In this document: positions 9,674 to 19,264 of the stretch, piece by piece | Layout: every line of letters begins with the position of its first letter | How positions within the stretch are numbered: position 1 is the first letter of the stretch | Assembly (NCBI GenBank): GCA_963662285.2 | Contig: CAXXMV010000002.1 | Span: 704,001 to 768,000 of the forward strand | DNA length: 64,000 nucleotides | Direction of reading: 5' to 3' | From: a bacterium | GTDB taxonomy: Bacteria; Hinthialibacterota; Hinthialibacteria; Hinthialibacterales; Hinthialibacteraceae | Program-made: the position numbers and the translations under genes | Notes under the pieces: generated by a model | Told to the model about the DNA's origin: nothing | Databases searched by the model: none | What the model saw: the letters and a program-made list of their open reading frames with translations, nothing else

Positions 9674-12229
9674 ATGAGTATCTCACGAATAGCCAATAAT
9701 GTGTCTGCTATTACGGCAAACACAAACCTGGCCAAAACAGGGAGAGACGTTCAAAAGTCTATTGAACGTTTATCTTCGGGTTTACGTATCAACCGAGCTG
9801 GAGACGACGCCGCTGGTATGACAATAGCAACGCGTCTTCGTTCCCAAGTTCGCGGTCTCGACCGCGCCGTCATGAATGCATCCGACGGTATTAACTTGAT
9901 AAATGTCGCTGAAGGAGCGATGGAAGAAATGACGCTTCGGCTGGATCGGATAAGAGTTCTTGCCATCCAGGCGGCTAACACTGGCGTTAACGATATGCCA
10001 GCGCGTCAGGCGCTGCAGGACGAAGTTTTTCAAAGTATTGACGAGATCACTCGAATCGCCAATACCACCCAGTTTGGCACAAATGTTTTATTGAATGGAG
10101 ATTTCAGCGTTAAGGCTCAGATCAAACCCGGACAGGATGGCGCACAGAATTATGGAATTAATATAGACACCGGCCCCAGTTCCAACACGCTTGAAACTGG
10201 CCAGCATTTTTTGAATATAGTCCAGACTCAAGAATCTACTCAGATGTTTATTGCCGGTAAAGACGATAATGGCGTTACTCATACCATGAATACCGGCGTT
10301 CAAAACCAGTCTGATATCGCCGTTACGTTAGGCCGTTTTTCGAGCACTTTCGGCTTGAATGGAACCGCAGCTGTTACTGGCGACACTCTAGGTACTGGCG
10401 GCTATTTCAACGGCGTTACAATCGTTGATGCTGATTATATAACTTTTGAAGGCGTGCTTTCTGATGGCGTAACCCGCTTCAGTGGAGTTTTAAGCGCTTC
10501 AGCGGCTTCTGTTGTTGGCGTAAGTACTAATGTTAATTCTGATCAGGATCTTTTAGGATTGATTAATAACGCCATCGACCAGGCGGAAATGTCCCTCTTT
10601 GGAGTCCAGAGCACCGCCAGCGTCCCTTCTTCTTTCCGCACAACCGTAACACTGGCTGCTAATACGGGAGATAACCGTGGACGTCTGCTTATGGTCAGTT
10701 CAGATGAAACCATGAATCAATCCAACATGGACATCCGTTTGGTTCGCGGCAGCATGTTAGTTACCCAGGCTCTCGGCGTAACGCGCTCCGGCCCTATCGG
10801 CGCGGGTTCTGTTCTGTCTGGATCAGGCCAGATTGGCAACTCTGTTACTTCTATTACTGGATCAACTTATGCTTCCGGTCAATTCTCTATTGAAGTCGAA
10901 GATGTCCAAGGCGCTGAAAACCGCACGGTTGAAAGCAGCATCGTATTCCGCAATCGAGCGGGCGCTTTAATTGGCCGCAATGCCATTATGGCTGATGTTA
11001 ATAGTGGATTATTCCTCAATGGAACATTTGTTGACGGCGTTTATACCGGTGGAGTTTCCATACATGATGGCGACACTGTTACTCTACGCGGCATGGAAGC
11101 TGATGGAACTACCTTTGAAGGGGTCTATTCATTCAGTATTGCCGCCGCCACAGATGCAGATTTAACTGATTTCCAATTCGCCAGTGTATCCGGTCTAATT
11201 GCTGAATTAAACCACCGCACCAGAGATTACGGCGTGGCTGCTGAAGATGGCAATCTGACCCGGTTTGAATCAGCCGTCTTTACTATGACAGCTGATGGAA
11301 GATTGCGTCTTATCGATGACTTGGGGCGTAATGATTCCAAACTTAATTTCACTCTGATCTTCAACGACAGCGACTCTGCTGCTACCAGTCCGTTCACTTT
11401 AACTGATGACGCTATCTTGCAACGGGAAGGATTCGCCGAATCAGCAACCATTCGTATCAATGGCGGCCCGCCCATACGTGCAGAGGCCGGTGAAGTAATC
11501 CATTATATTGGCGATGAACCGACTATACCTGGTGATGTTCGCGATGAAGTGGTTTTCCGTCTTGGTTCTAATCTGTCGGTAGGACAGGATATTCTCGAAG
11601 CGACAGCCGCTGAATATGTTGGCCGGTTGAATGGCGGTCCTGCTGTCACCTTCCAAAACGGCGCCCAAGATGTAACGTTTATCGACAACGGTAGTTTTAA
11701 TGAGGGTGTAGCAAAGTTGCTAACTGTGGATTTTGATGCCATCCTGGATATTACTTCTACGCAAGACAGTTTGCCTGATCCGGGAACTACATTGATTATT
11801 TCAACTACTAATCGGTCTTTGAACTTCCAGATCGGCGCGTTCTCAGGCGAAAACTTCCGCACTAGTATTGGTGATCTGTCTTCACAGAACCTTGGCTTTG
11901 GAAAAGGCAGTGGACGCACTATCGAAAATATCGACGTTACTACCTTCGAAGGCGCCAATGAAGCTTTGGCTATCGTTGATGAGGCATTGGATCAGATCAA
12001 CCGCACCCGATCGCTACTCGGCGCTGCGACTAACCGGCTCGACGCCACTATCGCTAACTTGAGCGTGGCATCGGAAAATTTATTGACGGCTGAATCCAGG
12101 CTTCGCGATGCGGACTTCGCCCGTGAAACCTCGATCTTCACGCAGAATCAGGTATTGCTACAGGCCGGAACATCAGTGTTGGCGCAGGCCAACTTTTTAC
12201 CGCAAAATTTCCTCTCGCTTCTCGGATAA
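9674..12229 (+). CDS. fliC: Flagellin (851 aa), paralog of the first
   Basis: IERLSSGLRINRAGDDAAG; SRLRDADFARE...QANFLPQNFLSLLG; shares internal motifs (LNGGPxVTFQNGxQDVxF) with the first copy. Confidence 0.97.
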   Translation: MSISRIANNVSAITANTNLAKTGRDVQKSIERLSSGLRINRAGDDAAGMTIATRLRSQVRGLDRAVMNASDGINLINVAEGAMEEMTLRLDRIRVLAIQAANTGVNDMPARQALQDEVFQSIDEITRIANTTQFGTNVLLNGDFSVKAQIKPGQDGAQNYGINIDTGPSSNTLETGQHFLNIVQTQESTQMFIAGKDDNGVTHTMNTGVQNQSDIAVTLGRFSSTFGLNGTAAVTGDTLGTGGYFNGVTIVDADYITFEGVLSDGVTRFSGVLSASAASVVGVSTNVNSDQDLLGLINNAIDQAEMSLFGVQSTASVPSSFRTTVTLAANTGDNRGRLLMVSSDETMNQSNMDIRLVRGSMLVTQALGVTRSGPIGAGSVLSGSGQIGNSVTSITGSTYASGQFSIEVEDVQGAENRTVESSIVFRNRAGALIGRNAIMADVNSGLFLNGTFVDGVYTGGVSIHDGDTVTLRGMEADGTTFEGVYSFSIAAATDADLTDFQFASVSGLIAELNHRTRDYGVAAEDGNLTRFESAVFTMTADGRLRLIDDLGRNDSKLNFTLIFNDSDSAATSPFTLTDDAILQREGFAESATIRINGGPPIRAEAGEVIHYIGDEPTIPGDVRDEVVFRLGSNLSVGQDILEATAAEYVGRLNGGPAVTFQNGAQDVTFIDNGSFNEGVAKLLTVDFDAILDITSTQDSLPDPGTTLIISTTNRSLNFQIGAFSGENFRTSIGDLSSQNLGFGKGSGRTIENIDVTTFEGANEALAIVDEALDQINRTRSLLGAATNRLDATIANLSVASENLLTAESRLRDADFARETSIFTQNQVLLQAGTSVLAQANFLPQNFLSLLG

Positions 12230-12433
12230 TTATAAGGTTCTTATGGAACCGATCTTTTGAAGAAGAATGGAACGAGAGGAAAAAAACAGCTGGACTTGGC
12301 GGTTCTCCCTGGTTCGATCCCATTGTGAGAATCGCTTTAGCGATTGCCAAGCGTCTATACTGATAAAAAAAACAAAACTATTGTACTATCACTAGTATAA
12401 CTTTATATTGACAATCGCTCTCACTAGGCTTAT

Positions 12434-13693
12434 TTGGAGAAGAAAAGAATGAATGATATTCATTGTCCAGTCTGTCAAAGCATCAACCATCAGGATTTTT
12501 GGTATTGGGAAAAAGAAGATAAGCTATTGCGCATGTGGGCTATGGATACGCGCATGTATTTCTCCATCTGCCGCGATTGCTCAACCATTTTCCAAAATCC
12601 TCTCGTCCCATCTTCTTCGGATGATTCATCTTTCTCCGTCTGGGAAGACTCCGATGGAGATAAGTTATCAAACAAAGAACCACTTGAATGGATGCGGCAA
12701 TTTTCTGGTTTTGGCAAAGAACCAGTCCGCGCTCTTGAAATTTACGCTAATAAGCCTTTCTTTGAAGATACATTAAAAGAAGAAGGGTGGGATATTAAAG
12801 CGATTTCGATCCAATCTTTAAGCGATTTCGATCAGAACAGTGATGATGATTCTTCAGCATCTCCCCTGGAAGAAGGAGAAGATTTCAACCTTATATTCTG
12901 CTATAACTCGTTGGAGAAATCTACCCGGCCAGTTATGGTGCTCGATAAAATTCACGACCATCTTAAAAAAGATGGCGGCTTATTTGTGGAAGTGGCCAAT
13001 CCCAATGTTGCGCCCCGTGTGGATAAAATATGTCTTACCAGCGATGATGTTTGCGTTTTCCCGTTTCAATCATTAATCTTTGCGCTTTATAAAGCTGGTT
13101 TTACTAACCAGTCCGCTGAAGTTACCGGGAAAAATCGTTGCTTCTGCACCAAAATCGATAAAAATTCTGATGCCGATGCAACTAAACTGGTGTCAAACAA
13201 TCATTGGTCTCATGTAATATACCGATTCCAGAGAAATTATTATTGGGCATGGACCGCCAGTTTCCTTAAGAAGTACCTGGTTCAATCACAAACACAACCC
13301 GGTTTTTTAGATCAAACCCGCGCATTGCTGCGTCAACGTTCCGATGACCTGGCGGTTATTCGTGATGTATGTGGGGCCACATTGCTCTTTGTCCAAGAGA
13401 TTGATACTGTTAGACAGACTATAGACAGCGACTGGAATGTGACTATGGCGCGAATTTTTGAGATATTTGGAAAGGATTACGGTTTATATGATCTCCTGCA
13501 AACTGCCAATGAAATGCAACTGCTTGGCACTCTCCCCGATAATGAACGCTATTTCTATAACGAAAAAGTTGTATTTATGACTACATCCAATTACTTCGAA
13601 AAATACTTCACCAAGGATGAAGCCACTCAACTTTGTCAGTCGATAATCCAATCAGGCGAGATTGCCTGCAAAACCTTAAGTTCTTTCCTGTAA
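12434..13693 (+). CDS. Zn-finger plus class I SAM-methyltransferase-like protein (degenerate motif I); ATG start probably 12449
   Basis: CPVC...CRDC...FQNP; LKKDGGLFVEV; ALEIYAN in place of xDxGxG. Confidence 0.65.
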   Translation: MEKKRMNDIHCPVCQSINHQDFWYWEKEDKLLRMWAMDTRMYFSICRDCSTIFQNPLVPSSSDDSSFSVWEDSDGDKLSNKEPLEWMRQFSGFGKEPVRALEIYANKPFFEDTLKEEGWDIKAISIQSLSDFDQNSDDDSSASPLEEGEDFNLIFCYNSLEKSTRPVMVLDKIHDHLKKDGGLFVEVANPNVAPRVDKICLTSDDVCVFPFQSLIFALYKAGFTNQSAEVTGKNRCFCTKIDKNSDADATKLVSNNHWSHVIYRFQRNYYWAWTASFLKKYLVQSQTQPGFLDQTRALLRQRSDDLAVIRDVCGATLLFVQEIDTVRQTIDSDWNVTMARIFEIFGKDYGLYDLLQTANEMQLLGTLPDNERYFYNEKVVFMTTSNYFEKYFTKDEATQLCQSIIQSGEIACKTLSSFL

Positions 13694-13868
13694 TATAATT
13701 CTAGATCGATTGTCAAGAACATGTTCGTTTACTCTTATGTTTGGTCTTCGTAGAAGCCAATCCTTTCTTATTTCTACGAATCGCCCATCCGGGCGTTACT
13801 ACGACAATAACTCAAATTATCATGTTAGAATCGCTCTAATCAAAATACTGCATAATAAGTATATTGTC

Positions 13869-13921
13869 TTGTAGTTAATCCAGCTACAAATAATACAAAA
13901 GTGTAACTATACCGATTACAC
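13869..13921. promoter_or_regulatory. Tandem palindromes, probable sigma-54 activator (bEBP) sites
   Basis: TTGTAG-N9-CTACAA (13869-13889) and GTGTAA-N9-TTACAC (13901-13921). Confidence 0.6.
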
Positions 13922-14164
13922 AGCATTTTTTGTATTGTGTTCATAAAGCGTAATTTAATTAATAATTTTTTTTATTATTAATTAAATGTAATTTATGTGA
14001 CTACTAATATATAAGTATGTCTTGAAGATCAATTCTATCAGGTTCTTACAAATCTGTTACCCGCTACTTAATTATATCGATTTACTCCCATTATATTTGT
14101 TATCAGTTGCAATATCTATCTATTTGATGCGGTGTCTTTGTTTTGACATGTCATGTGAATTTGT

Positions 14165-14179
14165 TGGCACAGTATATGC
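14165..14179 (+). promoter_or_regulatory. sigma-54 promoter
   Basis: TGGCACAGTATATGC = GG-N10-GC. Confidence 0.7.
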
Positions 14180-14678
14180 GAAATGCCTTATGCATATAGT
14201 AGTAACAGTGATTTATTTATAAACCCGGTTCGGCAAACCGCAAAAAAAATACGATCATTTAGTGTGGAAAACCGTGTATGAGATCAATAGACCAATTGTA
14301 ATATTAGGGCGCTTCTCAAAATAACATGCATCAATGGGGTTTTAAAAATCCCAAAAGATGGATGTCTTGGTTTATATGCTAATGTAAGTGGAGAGCAAAA
14401 ATCATTATGCTTGGAAATAATAATTCGTTGGATAATGTGTGTTTAAGAAAAACAGTATTGTGGATTGCAATTGCAATACTGTTACCACTAGGTTTTTCGC
14501 CAATGGCTTTCGGCTCCGATCACGACTTTGAACTGTGGACCTGGGAAATATTCTGGATCAATTTGTCTGATCTGGGATTACCTGACAACACGAATCTCTA
14601 CCTGGAAAATGCGAATCGGTTTGACCAAGATGTCTTCCGTATGTTTCAGTTTCATCAGAGAGTCGGAATTAAATTTGA

Positions 14679-16069
14679 GCCTCTTCAAAAAAATCTGTGG
14701 GTGAAATTTGGTTCTGGTAAATCGCCAAGTGTATGATATAAGGCGATTTCCAGCGCTTTGTAGGTTCGAAAACCGTACGCCATTTTGGTAGTCACTTTGG
14801 CCTTGTTGTTTAAGCCTTCCACCACTCCAGAAGAAAACTCCTTTTTCGCCCGAAACCAGTTCAAAATCAGTTCGCGATGGTTGCGCAGCATCTTGGCCAC
14901 TTTCTTCATTGGTTCGATTCGCGAGCGCATGGTTTTAGTACACCACTGATCCATGAAGCGTCCAGCCCACCATGCTGATTTATATTCCCAGAAAAATTGA
15001 AATTCCTCTTTGAGAAGATAACTTCTCACCGTGCGCAGATTATATCGAACCACGTTGGCTAATTTATCGACCTGCTTGACTGTCAAATTATCCGGGCGTT
15101 TCAGAAACCACCAGCGACTTCCTTTTAATACCGGTTCTAATCCCTTGGCCTTCAATTCACGGGATTCTCCAGCGCGGACTTGATCTATGGCTTTGTTCAT
15201 ATGAGCCATGATGTGAAACCGATCCAATACATTCAGCGCGCTTTTGGCTTTTTTGCGAATGACTTTGAGATAAGCTTTCCACATATCACTGCACACAAAT
15301 TCCAATTTTTTTGAACGCTCTTCCCCGAACCATCTGAAGAATTTCAACAGTGTTTTGATCTTTCTTTTTTCCCCGATCCACAGCAGCCGTTTGCAATTCT
15401 CATTGATTTGATATACCACTGTCACATACTGATGGCCGCCGCCCCATTGCATTTCATCGATTCCAATGGCGGTGATTCCTTCCAGGTTCACATGCTGGCG
15501 GCCCCATTCTACCGCCCGTTCAACCGAATGAAAAACATTGTACCAACTTGTTTGAAATGCTTCCGCCACTTGGCTCCAACTCATCCGCTTGGCCCAGCTC
15601 GCCAAGAACCATTGATAGATATGCGTTAATTCATGTTTACCATCGGCCCAAGGTACCTTTTCAACTTTCACTCCACAGCGGTGACAATTCACGCGGCGCA
15701 TGGCATAGATCAGGAATACGGTTAATCCCCATATCGGGATAAACTCAAATCGGCGCGCATCTAATCTGTCATAACCTGATCCTTTTTCTCCGCAGCATGA
15801 ACATATCGGGCGGCTTTTGACATGAGCACGGACTTTTACCTCTATGGATGTTTTACCATTCCATTCACCAAATTTGCTAGAAGCATATACATACCCCTTG
15901 ATTTTATGAACACGATTGAGGATTCTAATGACATCCATCCGGTTTCCTCCTGGTTGATGATTTTTCGCTGATTTCATTCTTTCAGGATAAGAGACCGGAT
16001 GTCTTTTTTATACCTCTACTATTCGAAGTATTTTTGCTATCATTCACCCACAGATTTCTTTATAGAACC
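14679..16069 (-). mobile_element. ISL3-family insertion sequence
   Basis: IRs GCCTCTTCAAAAAAATCTGTGGGTGAA / GGTTCTATAAAGAAATCTGTGGGTGAA; 8-bp TSD AAATTTGA at 14671-14678 and 16070-16077. Confidence 0.95.
14685..15977 (-). CDS. ISL3 transposase
   Basis: Zn finger CSCC...CHRC; IGIDE, CSDMWKAY, LDRFH, VEGLNNKAK...AYGFR. Confidence 0.95.
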   Translation of the reverse strand: MKSAKNHQPGGNRMDVIRILNRVHKIKGYVYASSKFGEWNGKTSIEVKVRAHVKSRPICSCCGEKGSGYDRLDARRFEFIPIWGLTVFLIYAMRRVNCHRCGVKVEKVPWADGKHELTHIYQWFLASWAKRMSWSQVAEAFQTSWYNVFHSVERAVEWGRQHVNLEGITAIGIDEMQWGGGHQYVTVVYQINENCKRLLWIGEKRKIKTLLKFFRWFGEERSKKLEFVCSDMWKAYLKVIRKKAKSALNVLDRFHIMAHMNKAIDQVRAGESRELKAKGLEPVLKGSRWWFLKRPDNLTVKQVDKLANVVRYNLRTVRSYLLKEEFQFFWEYKSAWWAGRFMDQWCTKTMRSRIEPMKKVAKMLRNHRELILNWFRAKKEFSSGVVEGLNNKAKVTTKMAYGFRTYKALEIALYHTLGDLPEPNFTHRFF

Positions 16070-16586
16070 AAATTTGATATTCCCTGGTTTGAGGGATGGT
16101 CAATTATGCCGGTTTGGCAGCATGTAGATTATGAACCCGGCGCCAATGAAGAACGTTATCATTTCGATCTGGGCTACGCGCGCAAAAATATCTTTGATTC
16201 AGGATGGTCATTCAAATTCCAGTGTCGTATGGACTTGCGAGACCTGGAAGATAAAGACGATATTTCCGAACGTTTCCGTCCCAAAATTTCTTTCAGTCAT
16301 CCATTGCCAATCAATATCTCTGGACGTCCAATCAAGATGTATTTTTCAAATGAATTCAACTATGACTCGGTGGTGGATAAATTTAATCGTCATCGTTTTG
16401 GCGCAGGTTTTAACATTCCTTTGAACAGCGTAATGACTTGGGAAATAGGATATCAGATAGAAACTAATCGGCTCAAGAATAACTCATGGGATTCGGACAG
16501 TATGCTGATGACTGGCTTTAATTTCCGCTTCTAGAAGCGGATTGATTTCTTGAAATTTAATACCAATTAACCAAAGGAGAATTGAA

Positions 16587-18665
16587 ATGAGTTGGAAGAA
16601 TCTATCAGTTAGCAGAAAAATCAGTATAGGCTTTGGGCTTCTAATCGCAATCTCAATCGTGGTGGGATATGTTGGATATAACGGACTGAAGAATGTCGTT
16701 CACCGTATAGGGACGGCCGACGATGGCAACCGTATCCTCAAATACAGTTTGAATGCCAGGCGGCAAGAAAAAAATTACATGCTTCGAAAGGATGAAACCT
16801 CAAAAAGCGCACATGCAAAATTAATCCAAGATATTTACGCCCAAATAAAAGAGACTCAGGCTAAATTTAAACAGCAAGTAAATATCGATCAGATGATCGC
16901 AGTAAAAGCGGAAACCGAAAAGTACGAAAAGGCTTTTGCTTCCTGGGTGGATCTGCGTGAACAACAAATTTTGTTGGAACAGACGATGGTTACCAATGCG
17001 CGCGCCTTTATAGAAGAATGTGAAAATATACGTCAGGATCAAAAGGCCAAACTCGCTCAGGAACAGAACGATACGGTAGAAGTGCGCACGGATCGCCTAT
17101 GGAAAGCCGACGCCGCCAACCGGCTTATCAAATTCGCATTGGAGATGCGCCGCGATGAAAAAAACTTCATGCTGCGGTCTGATAAAGATTCTCTTGATAA
17201 AGTTGAATCCAAGTTTAATGAAACGCTCGTACTTTGTGATGATCTTAACAACCGTTTTAAGGATCAAACTAATAAAAATCAATTGGCTAAAGTTAAAACT
17301 GCGGCGCAACAATATAAAACAGCCTTTGATTCATGGGTTTTCGCCAATGATAAAAAATTGATCGAAGACAATGTGATGGTGGATTCCGCTAGAACCTTGG
17401 AGCAAGAATGTGAAGCCCTTCGCGCAGACCAAAAAATAAAAATGGAAAACGCTATCAGCTCGGCAAACCTAATTTCATTGTTATTTATCTTATCGACGAT
17501 TATTATTGGAATTGTATTAGGTTTTATTATTACCCGAGCAATAACAAAACCATTGTTATTAGGCGTCGAAGCCGCTCAACGCGTAGCGGAAGGGGATTTA
17601 ACTGTTAAGATTGACGTTGATTCCACAGACGAGATTGGCGTATTGGCCAGTGCTTTGAATCAAATGATTGATAAGACAAGTGAAGTTATCAGCGGTATCC
17701 AACAAGCCGCGGAACAGGTGTCATCCGGTTCAGAAGAATTATCCGCCGCTTCCCAGAATCTAGCTAATGCCGCAACCGAACAGGCCGCCAGCATCGAAGA
17801 GACTTCCGCTTCAATAGAACAGCTTTCATCCTCTATCGAACAAAATGCCCAAAACGCGAAAGCTACGGATAATCAAGTCAATCAAGCCGCCCAAATGTCA
17901 GTGGAATCATTGAATATCGCTCAAAAGGGAATCGAGCAGGTGCAGGCGTTGGGTCTGTCGATGAAAGAGATACAGGATAGTTCCGCAGAGATTGTTAATG
18001 TTATTGACCTGATCACCGACATCGCCGATCAGACTAATTTACTGGCGCTCAATGCAGCCATTGAAGCGGCTCGTGCGGGTGAAGCGGGTAAAGGATTCGC
18101 AGTAGTGGCCGTGGAGGTGCGCAAACTGGCTGAACGCAGCCAGATTGCAGCCAAAGACATCGCCGGGAAAATTGAGAAATCCAGTCAGAGTATTGAGGAA
18201 GGCAGCCGTATGGCTATTGCATCTAACAAAGGATTATCGGCGATCCAAAAGAGCGCTACTGATGTCGCAGAAGCGTTGAATGAAGCATCCCGACTCGTCC
18301 GTGAAATATCCGATTCCAGCCTCGAACAATCAAACGGCGCCAACCAAATTCAAACTGCTATTCAGCAACTCGATCAGGTGACGCAGCAAAATTCTTCCAC
18401 TAGTGAAGAGACGGCCTCATCAAGCGAAGAACTTTCTGCTCAAGCGCAATCTTTGCAAGAACTGGTTAATCAATTCAAGATCAATCGTGATGGTACGCCA
18501 TCAACACAAAGAAAACCTTACAGCGCTCATCCTGTAATTCGTCCTGAAAAGCGATTGGGATATACAAAATCCACTGCTGACTCGTGGGATAATCACACAG
18601 AAGAAGAATGTCATTCTAATAGAATGAAGAGTGAAAAAGAAAACATAGAATTTCAAGAATTTTAG
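16587..18665 (+). CDS. Methyl-accepting chemotaxis protein with duplicated HBM-like periplasmic sensor
   Basis: Two TM helices, [34 protein letters not shown]; repeated RRxEKNxMLR module; C-terminal EFQEF. Confidence 0.95.
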   Translation: MSWKNLSVSRKISIGFGLLIAISIVVGYVGYNGLKNVVHRIGTADDGNRILKYSLNARRQEKNYMLRKDETSKSAHAKLIQDIYAQIKETQAKFKQQVNIDQMIAVKAETEKYEKAFASWVDLREQQILLEQTMVTNARAFIEECENIRQDQKAKLAQEQNDTVEVRTDRLWKADAANRLIKFALEMRRDEKNFMLRSDKDSLDKVESKFNETLVLCDDLNNRFKDQTNKNQLAKVKTAAQQYKTAFDSWVFANDKKLIEDNVMVDSARTLEQECEALRADQKIKMENAISSANLISLLFILSTIIIGIVLGFIITRAITKPLLLGVEAAQRVAEGDLTVKIDVDSTDEIGVLASALNQMIDKTSEVISGIQQAAEQVSSGSEELSAASQNLANAATEQAASIEETSASIEQLSSSIEQNAQNAKATDNQVNQAAQMSVESLNIAQKGIEQVQALGLSMKEIQDSSAEIVNVIDLITDIADQTNLLALNAAIEAARAGEAGKGFAVVAVEVRKLAERSQIAAKDIAGKIEKSSQSIEEGSRMAIASNKGLSAIQKSATDVAEALNEASRLVREISDSSLEQSNGANQIQTAIQQLDQVTQQNSSTSEETASSSEELSAQAQSLQELVNQFKINRDGTPSTQRKPYSAHPVIRPEKRLGYTKSTADSWDNHTEEECHSNRMKSEKENIEFQEF

Positions 18666-18687
18666 ATTTAATTCGTAACCCAATAGC

Positions 18688-18726
18688 AAGCCCCTCTTTT
18701 GATCTCCAAAAAGAGGGGCTTTTTTT
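18688..18726 (+). terminator. Rho-independent terminator
   Basis: aagcccctctttt...aaaagaggggctt followed by a T run. Confidence 0.85.
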
Positions 18727-18894
18727 GTCTGTTTATTCATATAAAAGTGGTTAACCTATTAAGGATATTTTTTCGACAGTTAGATGTGATAATAAAAGAA
18801 TTTCAGGAACGCTCTAGTAAATGAAATAGTAAATCATTGCAAGATGAGTCAAGATACAGCATTTAACATATAAACTTTTATTATTGTGAATATT

Positions 18895-18945
18895 TTTTAG
18901 CATTAACAGTTACAGAAATAAAAACTGTGACTATTACGATTACTT
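18895..18945. promoter_or_regulatory. Degenerate copy of the tandem palindromic sites
   Basis: TTTTAG-N9-TTACAG and CTGTGA-N9-TTACTT, at nearly the same distance from the promoter as the 13.9-kb copy. Confidence 0.45.
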
Positions 18946-19191
18946 TCAAACATGCATTATAGAGAGTTTATATCGTCATAATATTAATAAAATATAATTT
19001 TATTAATATTAGTTTCATGAACGGGAAATAATTTAACTTCATTAAGCATAACATTATTGATATAAATAAGTTAACTAAATAATTTATATATTACGCAATA
19101 ATAAGTAATCCATATTCCAAATATGTAACAAGCTGCATAAAGTCACATGGCTAACCGATTGATATCTCTCTGATTTTAAATATGCATTTGT

Positions 19192-19206
19192 TGGCATAGT
19201 AATTGA
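19192..19206 (+). promoter_or_regulatory. Probable sigma-54 promoter (non-canonical -12)
   Basis: TGGCATAGTAATTGA = GG-N10-GA; same tttgttggca context as 14165. Confidence 0.5.
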
Positions 19207-19264
19207 GTTAAATACACCCCGACAACGAAAAGCGAAATTCAAAATATCTAGGGAGAGCAATAAC

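Larger units (their letters stand above)
14407..16534 (+). pseudogene. DUF2490-like outer-membrane beta-barrel gene interrupted by ISL3
   Basis: Removing the IS and one TSD copy joins ...HQRVGIKF|DIPWFEGW... in frame (~242 aa); signal peptide, alternating beta strands, C-terminal ...GFNFRF. Confidence 0.85.

Noticed and set aside
14221-14300. GGCAAACC upstream of the barrel/MCP unit, suggesting a c-di-GMP-I riboswitch
   Set aside because: No P2 stem with a GNRA loop and no ACGCAAA/P3 elements follow
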